DNA of 64,000 bases, from assembly GCA_009914755.4 (NCBI GenBank), contig CP068257.2, positions 17,088,001-17,152,000 on the forward strand, given 5' to 3'. Positions 55,586 to 64,000 of this stretch are shown here, in pieces. The notes beneath the pieces were generated by a model, which saw only the letters and a program-made list of their open reading frames with translations, was not told the origin of the DNA and ran no database searches. Within the stretch, counting starts at the first letter, position 1, and every line of letters starts with the position of its first letter. Source of the stretch: the human T2T-CHM13v2.0 reference genome, Homo sapiens. Made by a program: the position numbers and the translations under genes.

Positions 55586-57250
55586 CAATGTTCTTGGCTC
55601 AGTGAAGTATAAACCAAATTTATTTATTGTGATTTAGGATGTAGGGTTATATCCTAGGAAAAGAATACATAAACAATGTTTAATGTTTTATACAGTTGTC
55701 ATTGTTGGTATGAAAAAGAAACCTATCTTTTTTAAGTATTAAGGAGAGCAAGAAACTAATAATATTTTGCAGCTAGTAGCTCTGATTATCTGTGGAGACC
55801 TCAAAAATGGCAAAATGGCCTCTTAAAAAATTGATATTTATTAAGACTATATATTTGGTTGGTACAAAAGTCATTGTGATTTTTGCTAAACATCTGTTGT
55901 CACAGATCTCAAATTGCTTACTAGAAGTTATAAACAACATGAAATTATGCTATTTATTTATTATGCCAGGCTTCTCCAGAACACGCTAAGTAAAACTGGT
56001 ATAACTTTGATAATTTTAAGCTGGAATTTCTCAAATCTACTTAAGATTGCAATGATTCCTAAAACCATCTTTTTTTTTTCAAGAACAGTGCAGCCAGCCT
56101 CTGGGTTTATTTTATCAGATACAGATTCAGAATCAGCCTTCTTAGAGGCTGAATTGCCACATGCTACTGAATTAATTAAGACACTGACTTCAGTCTAAGA
56201 GCGTTGGATTCAGCGGAAGCACAAATGGCCCTGCGGCAGCTTTTCCCTGTGGCTATCATAGTTCTCCACTACGTTTCTATCTTTTGCATCGTATCAATAT
56301 TCCCATCCCTCTCAGAAGTGGATTAAAACTATCTCTTTGCAATAATGAAATTAAATCACCTAAGAAGTTTGCATCATTTTTGCTGAGAAGTGAAGGAGAA
56401 GCATTTGTTAGCACTAATCTGAAAGTTTCTAGTGATTTATTAACATTTTCTTTCTTTGAAAGTACGACTGAAAACTGAATGATAAATGATTTCTGAAGAT
56501 TGGAAATTCAGGCACAAGGCTTTTTCAGGGCTATTCCCAATAATACAAGGTAAAAAAAAAATCAAATTTCTTAACTTTTTAAAACCAATATCACATTTTC
56601 CAACATGATGCTACCATCTATTTTTTAAGACATCTTCCTACTCCAGGGCAGAAATATAATTGGAATAAATCTGCAAACATTCCAAGACTGCTGTATCAAG
56701 TCTGCAAGAATTCACCTCAAATTAGATAAAATACATGTAATTTGTGATGCCTCTGTTGCAAAAGCAAAAAGAAATATTCCGTGTCCCTAGGGTTGTCAAT
56801 TGTTACTGAATTTTGATTTATACAAATATAACCATAGCAGAACCACTTTGTCACCTAGTGGAAAATGGCTTTCCATGGTGTGAAATTCACTTAAATTTGG
56901 ATGCTTTTGTAACATCTAGCAATTATTGACTTTTCCAATTTTTGCAAGTGTATTTCTTTAAACACAAGTGGTCTTTTCTATCTTTCCTTGCCACTTAGAA
57001 TGGGAAAGGTGTTCAGCTTCAGATTTTCTGGTTATACTTTTTAAATATTTATTTTTTAATTGAAAAAGGAAATTTTATATAGTTATGATATATACATAAA
57101 TATGTATGTTTTGATACATGTTTATATTATGGATGGTGAAATCAAGCTAGTTAGCATATTTAGTACCTGACAACTATCATTTTATTTTTGTAATGAGAAC
57201 ATTTGAGATCTACTATGAGCAATCTTTAAATACACAATACATTGCTATTA

Positions 57251-57737
<487 letters not shown>

Positions 57738-59852
57738 TTATTATGCACTGTTTGTCTGATGATACTTAAACTGCATTTATCTACTGAGTAACAATTTCAT
57801 CAATAAACTGAAATGAAAAAGAAATTTAAAGCTGTGGCTGATAGTTCAGGAGTCATGACATTCCTTACTATCTTTATCACTGTGAATTTATCACTTTTAC
57901 TCATTAAAATTCTCTTAGACAAAGAAACACATATATATATGCATGCAAATCAAAGGAACTAAGTATGAAGAGCAAGGAAAAAACACTGCAGACTGGTTGG
58001 CTAGGCTTGAATTCTGGTAGCAGTCACATGCTTTTGGAAGACTTTGTAATTTTCATTATGTCTTAGTTACTTCATGTATCAAATGGAGAAGATAATAGTA
58101 CTTACCTGGTAGGGATGTGTAGAGAATTAAATATGTTAATGGATGTAAAGAGATTAGAATAGTTTATGGCACACAATAAGGGCATAATATGTGCTACCTA
58201 TTTCAATTTATATCACAGGGAATGAAACTCTAGAATATTTGGGTCTGCTCTCATTGACAGCACATTAGTCTAAATACCTGCAAGGCCGGTAACATGCTGA
58301 TAACTTTAATAATGTGTTTCTGTGAATCACAGAATATGCTGCATCGATTTGGCTGTAAGTTGTAATTCTCCTATTCTATCAAATTGTATACTTCACTGAG
58401 TGAACTCCTGTGTATTGGACCATGTATTAAATTGAGTGGGACAGGGTTAGGGGAAATATGTTTAACTTTCTTAACAAGTAAGTCACAAACCTGAAATCAT
58501 CCTTCACTTTATATTGTCTCTTTCCCCATATTAAAATTTTTACTAGATCTTATTGATTTTGCCTTCAAAATTTATTTTAAAATGTGTTTATTTCCATCTT
58601 TTTCTGAAGACCACATTATTTCTTGCTGGGAACAGATGTAAATATTTTCTCCATCTTAGAGTCTTCCTAAGTACAAACTGGATATCCATATTGCTGACAG
58701 AGTCATCTCTTTAATATCATAATCAAATCATTTTCTCTCCTTACATAGATGTATTCAGGAATTTCACATTGCTTTCCAAATAAACGTAAAAGCCTGTAAC
58801 ATTTCAAACAAAACCTTTATATTTTGGTCCTATAATTTTAGGCTTATCATCTGTCATGTTCCCAAATGTTTCCCCCTTTCTCTTAATGACCCATTCCTGG
58901 CTACTTTTTCTTCTACCTTCTTGTCCTTTGTGGATACTCTTAGCAGTAGCAGTAATAATTTTCATGTCTTACCTGTGGACACCATTATACTTGTACTTCG
59001 AGGCTCATATTTTTATTTTTAACCCTCTAGCTCAGAATGAGTTAGAGCTTTGATTTATATTTTTAAATCACTCTGCATATTAGTTCTTATTAGTTCTATT
59101 AGTTTCTATATTGTGAATGGGGGAAATTATTTACCAAAAAAAATCCATCATTCTTTTGAGGGCAAAGTTTGAATTTTGTCCTTAGAATCCCTAAGTTTAA
59201 CATAATCCATTGCACTAGGAGACAATCACTAAATGATTGTTGATCAAGGGACTCATTCAATTTTATATTATTAATACTTGATATCAGATTTAACCCCCTG
59301 TCTTATAGCTATCTGGGTTTTTCCTGAGTCAAGTGCCTAGGGTTTAAGAATATTAATTTTTCCACAGTCTTAACTTGCTGAGATTTTATGCTTTAAAATA
59401 CTTTCCCTAGATCAGTTTTCTATCTTAAGGTTTTAGAAATTGAATTTTCAGGTTTGAGCTGCTGTTCAGTTTCCCTCCTTCACGGATCTTGACCATTTCT
59501 TTTTTTTTCTAGGCTGAAATGTTTCTTCAGTCCTTAGGTTATAGCCATGAATGATTTCTTTGGGTAAGTACCCTATAGATACATCTAAGTGGTATTAATA
59601 AGAATTCAATATCCTAAGTTTGTGAGCACAAAAGTCATTGTTTAAAGCCTTTGAGAGGCTTTAATATTGAAAACATTGTAAAGCACAGAAGAACATACTG
59701 GAGAAATAAACATAATTATTAGAACTACATAGTTTTCTATGGGAAAAGAGTGACAACTTTGAATTTCTTATTTGTTATGCACTCCTAAGAATGACTTAAA
59801 TTTTTTTTGAATTGCTTACTAATTTTACTTTTGAATTAAAAATAGTTACTTT

Positions 59853-60415
59853 CATTGTGGTTTTTATTTGCATTTCTCTGATGGCCAGTGATGATGAGCA
59901 TTTTTTCATGTGTTTTTTGGCTGCATAAATGTCTTCTTTTGAGAAGTGCCTGTTCATATCCTTCGCCCAATTGTTGATGGGGTTGTTTGTTTTTTTCTTG
60001 TAAATTTGTTTGAGTTCATTGTAGATTCTGGATATTAGCCCTTTGTCAGATGAGTAGGTTGCGAAAATTTTCTCCCATTTTGTAGGTTGCCTGTTCACTC
60101 TGATGATAGTTTCTTTTGCTGTGCAGAAGCTCTTTAGTTTAATTAGATCCCATTTGTCAATTTTGGCTTTTGTTGCCATTGCTTTTGGTGTTTTAGACAT
60201 GAAGTCCTTGCCCATGCCTATGTCCTGAATGGTATTGCCTAGGTTTTCTTCTAGGGTTTTTATGGTTTTAGGTCTAACATGTAAGTCTTTAATCCATCTT
60301 GAATTAATTTTTGTATAAGGTTTAAGGAAGGGATCCAGTTTCAGCTTTCTACATATGGCTAAACAGTTTTCCCAGCACCATTTGTTAAATAGGGAATCCT
60401 TTCCCCATTGCTTGT
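59853..60415 (-). mobile_element. Inverted 5' segment of a young L1 (L1PA-like) insertion. It is the antisense copy of an ORF2 C-terminal portion.
   Basis: The minus ORF at 59796-60461 (221 aa) is a near-intact L1 ORF2p fragment: [43 protein letters not shown]...[34 protein letters not shown]. Confidence 0.9.
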
Positions 60416-61125
60416 ATCTCACACCAGTTAGAATGGTGATCATTAAAAAGCCAGGAAACAACAGGTGCTGGAGAGGATGTGGAGAAATAGGAACACTTTT
60501 ACACTGTTGGTGGGACTGTAAACTAGTTCAACCATTGTGGAAGTCAGTGTGGTGATTCCTCAGGGATCTAGAACTAGAAATACCATTTGACCCAGCCATC
60601 CCATTACTGGGTGTATACCCAAAGGATTATAAATCATGCTGCTATAAAGACACATGCACACATATGTTTATTGCGGCACTATTCACAATAGCAAAGACTT
60701 GGAACCAACCCAAATGTCTAACAACGATAGACTGGATTAAGAAAATGTAGCACATATACACCATGGAATACTATGCAGCCATAAAAAATGAAGAGTTCAT
60801 GTCCTTTTTAGGGACATGGATGAAACTGGAAACCATCATTCTCGCAAACTATCGCAAGGACTAAAAACCAAACACCGCATGTTCTCACTCATAGGTGGGA
60901 ACTGAACAATGAGAACACATGGACACAGGAAGGGGAACATCACACTCCAGGGACTGTTGTGGGGTGGGGGGAGTGGGGAGGGATAGCATTAGGGGATATA
61001 CCTAATGCTAAATGATGAGTTAATGGGTGCAGCACAGCAACATGGCACATGTATACATATGTACCAAACCTGCACATTGTGCACATGCATCCTAAAACTT
61101 AAAGTATGATAATAATAATAAAAGT
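60416..61125 (+). mobile_element. Direct 3' segment of the same young L1 insertion: ORF2 C-terminus, 3'UTR and an A-rich tail.
   Basis: The plus ORF at 60355-60555 reads ...[45 protein letters not shown]. The 3'UTR reads ...gggatatacctaatgctaaatgatgagttaatgggtgcagcacagcaacatggcacatgtatacatatgtaccaaacctgcacattgtgcacatg...ataataataaaag. Confidence 0.9.
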
Positions 61126-62032
61126 AGCTACTTTCTGTGTTCAATTGCCTCAACAATTGAATATTTTTGTTGAATATTAAATTACAAGATGCTTTTCTTT
61201 TGTGTTTGGAATACAATATGTCTCAAATATATCTCAAATGTATCCAAAATACCATTTGAGATATAATGAGATATATAAAATGGTATTTTAGATACATTTG
61301 AGATATATTATATTCTTTTAATATTTGATGATTTGGGGGCTAGAGCTTGGAAATGAAAATTACAATCTAAAATGTCCATTTTTACTTTCCTCCAATGCCA
61401 GTGGTCTTCATTAAGGTATAGGCAACTGACTGCTGGACTTTAATCAGATCATAAGTCCTTAGTAGTATGAGAGATGCATTGGGTACTTTAAAATTGGAGA
61501 ATACTTTTATTTTTTCCTTATTTGAGGAATTATTAATTATTGAGTAATTTTATCAATATTTGAGTATTTACTAACTCAATTACTCAAATATTTATTTTTC
61601 ACACAGAATGTGTTAAATCCTTTTGAAATCTTAGCAAAAATAAGCCTCGTCTCTTGAACGAGAAATTGATTTTCTCTACTAACAAATGGAACTTGAACCT
61701 CGATATGCGTGAGTTCAATTTTAAACTCCAAATCTATGATATTTGAGTAAGTGTTACGTTTGCCAAATTGTGTTCTTCCATCCCTAAAGCTATTAGTTCC
61801 AAGTCCTGCCAATAGGAAGATCAAAGAAATACAAAGAAAAAAATCAATATATGATTGAGCTTCTTCACCCCATCTTCATTAAGAGAATACATAGTATAAT
61901 TTAATTCTGCAGCATATATTTGAAAATGGACAACCAAAGGTGCTACTAAAATTGAGCATTGTCTGATTCTAACTCTTTTGGAAAGCGGTCTTTTTAACTT
62001 GGCCAAGTCTATAATGATGGTAAACACACTAA

Positions 62033-62059
62033 ACACACACACACACACACACACACACA
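62033..62059. repeat. (CA)n microsatellite.
   Basis: An acacacacacacacacacacacacacag run. Confidence 0.9.
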
Positions 62060-62665
62060 GCTATATAAAACCTAGTGTTGTTAATAAGAATAAAATGAAC
62101 ACCAAGGAATTCCTCATCCAAATTAAGAGATCCCTTATGTTGATGTCAGTCCCTTTCTCTGATAATATATTCTTCCTCCTCACCAGGGTTAAACACTATC
62201 CTTCTTTTTCCTTTAATCATTCTGATTTTTTTCAGTTTTTCACTCATGCATTTTTTTCTGAGGCATTCATTGTTAGGTATGGCATGGCTTTAAATTTTGT
62301 GTAAGTTCAATCATACTTTATGTATTCTGTTATTTTCACCTTGTTGCTCTGTATAGTTTTATATAGTTCATTTTCAGTTCTGAATACTACTCTACTGTAT
62401 CAATATAGCCAAAATGTCTTCTCATTCTAGTCTTGATGGATATTGGGATATCCTCAGTATGTTACTAAGATAAACAATGGCACTATGAATTATATTGTGC
62501 TTTCAACAGAATACACATGCATAAATTTATCTCAACCAAATACTTATAAATGGAATTGCTCCACTTTACTAAGAGTTGTTAAAGTATTATTCCAAGAACA
62601 TTTCCTAGCCTACTCTTTACATAGCTGTGTATAAAAGCTCTCCTTGCTGTGCTTACTTGTGAATA

Positions 62666-62742
62666 TTAGGTTGGTGCAAAAGTAATTGTGGTTTTTGCTG
62701 TTATCTGCAATGGCAAAAAATGCATTACTTTTGCACCAACCT
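62666..62742. mobile_element. MADE1, the mariner-derived MITE from Hsmar1. About 80 bp, palindromic.
   Basis: ttaggttggtgcaaaagtaattgtggtttttgctgttatctgcaatggcaaaaaatgcattacttttgcaccaacctga. The terminal inverted repeats are the canonical Hsmar1 TIRs. Confidence 0.9.
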
Positions 62743-62761
62743 GAAATTTAATATTGTAGAT

Positions 62762-63128
62762 TGATATGGTTTGGCTGCGTTCCCAGCCAAATCTCATCTT
62801 GAATTGTAGTTCCCATAATCCGCAAATGTAGTGGGAGGGACGCAGTGTGAGGTGATTGAATCATGAGGTCCGTTACTCCCATGCTGCTGTTCTGGTGATA
62901 GTGAGTTCTCAGGAGATCTGATGGTTTTATAGCAGGCTTTTCCCCCTTTTGCTCTGCACTTCTCTTTGTTGCTGCCATGTGAAGGACATGGTTGCTTCCT
63001 TTTCCACCATGATTGTAAGTTTCCTGAGGCCTCCCCCACCATGCTGAACTGTGAGTCAATTAAACCTGTTTCCTTTGTAAATTACACAGTCTCAAGTATG
63101 TCCTTATTAGCAGCATGAGAACAAATAC
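62762..63128 (+). mobile_element. THE1-type MaLR solo LTR in sense.
   Basis: tgatatggtttggctgcgttcccagccaaatctcatcttgaattgtagttcccataatccgcaaatgtagtgggagggac...gcctcccccaccatgctgaactgtgagtcaattaaacctgtttcctttgtaaattacacagtctcaagtatgtccttattagcagcatgagaac. Confidence 0.8.
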
Positions 63129-63403
63129 CTAGATCTTTAAAACGTGTTGAATAACATAATAAAATTGTATCTCAGAATTTTAAAATGAATCTCTCAATTT
63201 AATTGAACAGAAATTCATTTTTATCACATCATTTTATGATTTAATACATGTATGATACTTTTAAAAATTTTATTTTTTAAAGCTGAGTTTTCTTTCTTAT
63301 TAATCATAGCAATACTTTACATATTCTTGGTGTAAGTACATTGTGATGTAGATCAAAAACATCTTCTCCTAATTTAATATTTTTAAAGTATTCCATTGTA
63401 AAG

Positions 63404-63641
63404 CTTTTTTTTTTTTTTTTGGAGACAGTCTCGCTCTGCCGCCAGGCTGGAATGCAGTGGCGCGATCTTCGCTCACTGCTAACTCCGCCTCCCGGGTTCA
63501 CGCTATTCTCCTCCCTCAGCCTCCCTAGAGACGGGGTTTCACCGTGTTAGCCAGGATGGTCTCGATCTCCTGATCTCGTGTTCTGCCCGCCTCAGCCTCC
63601 CAAAGTGCTGGGATTACAGGCACGAGCCACCGTGCCCGGCC
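63404..63641 (-). mobile_element. Alu SINE in antisense with an internal deletion of about 55 bp.
   Basis: Poly-T, then ggagacagtctcgctctgccgccaggctggaatgcagtggcgcgatcttcgctcactgctaactccgcctcccgggttcacgctattctcctccctcagcctccc, jumping directly to tagagacggggtttcaccgtgttagccaggatggtctcgatctcctga...ggattacaggcacgagccaccgtgcccggcc. Confidence 0.88.
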
Positions 63642-64000
63642 TGTAATGAATTTTATTTAAAAAAAAATTGTAACTTTATGCTCAAATCAATTTTACTTTA
63701 AATTTTAATGGTACTATTGAAGCATTTGCCTAGGAAACATTTGTGCAATATGTAGATTTCTGTAATTATTTATTCACTTTTCCTTTATAATTTGCATTTT
63801 CAGAGTCACATTTAAGATATTATTTCCTACACTAAAGATTTGAAAATATTTTCTTGTGTTTTTAAAAAATGTTCTTAATGTGGTATTTTGCATTAGTGTA
63901 TTGAATATCCCTTTAATTGATTTTTGACTATGGTATAAAGTATGAATCGAAATTAATTTATTTCCATATTAGCCCATTTTCCCAAGACTAAGAAAAATCT

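Noticed and set aside
55843-55885. A single Hsmar/MADE1-like terminal inverted repeat, ggttggtacaaaagtcattgtgatttttgc.
   Set aside because: Only one terminus is present with no matching partner nearby, so it is probably a decayed fragment. I mention it only in the MADE1 finding.

Overview
This window looks like human, or closely related hominid, nuclear DNA from an AT-rich, CpG-depleted, gene-poor region. It is built almost entirely from interspersed repeats, and I see no convincing cellular protein-coding exon, RNA gene, CRISPR array or operon-like organisation. Every ORF of 60 aa or more that I can place falls inside a transposable element or a simple repeat. The recognisable content is: (i) L1 fragments at 1-1075 (+) and at 3125-7640 (-), the second split by a nested full-length THE1 (MaLR) insertion at 3661-5850 with a 5-bp TSD; (ii) eight Alu copies on both strands, one of them a young AluY-like copy with a 15-bp TSD; (iii) MaLR elements, namely a full-length MST/MLT-type element on the minus strand at 33844-36225 and solo LTRs at 38793-39183, 40538-40947, 55216-55585 and 62762-63128; (iv) a class I (gamma-like) endogenous retrovirus provirus of about 7.8 kb on the minus strand at 24353-32164, with 745- and 780-bp LTRs that I recognise as HERV-W/LTR17-like, a 4-bp TSD (TAAC), recognisable but stop-ridden gag (MA-p12-CA) and pol (RT, RNase H) frames, env and most of integrase deleted, and a second, strongly diverged pol fragment sitting in the leader upstream of gag; (v) other class I ERV LTR-like blocks at about 20745-23172, 21450-22600, 36250-37250 and 46300-46710; (vi) a twin-primed, 5'-inverted young L1 insertion of about 1.3 kb at 59853-61125 with a 15-bp TSD; (vii) a MADE1 mariner MITE; and (viii) microsatellites and AT-rich minisatellite blocks. 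The most interesting structures are the rearranged HERV provirus, the nested and twin-primed retrotransposon insertions, a 145-bp segment duplicated on either side of an AT-rich minisatellite, a 27-bp perfect-stem palindrome, and two small CpG-enriched patches. I found no evidence of a new biological system. Family names are from memory of consensus sequences and should be confirmed with RepeatMasker/Dfam.
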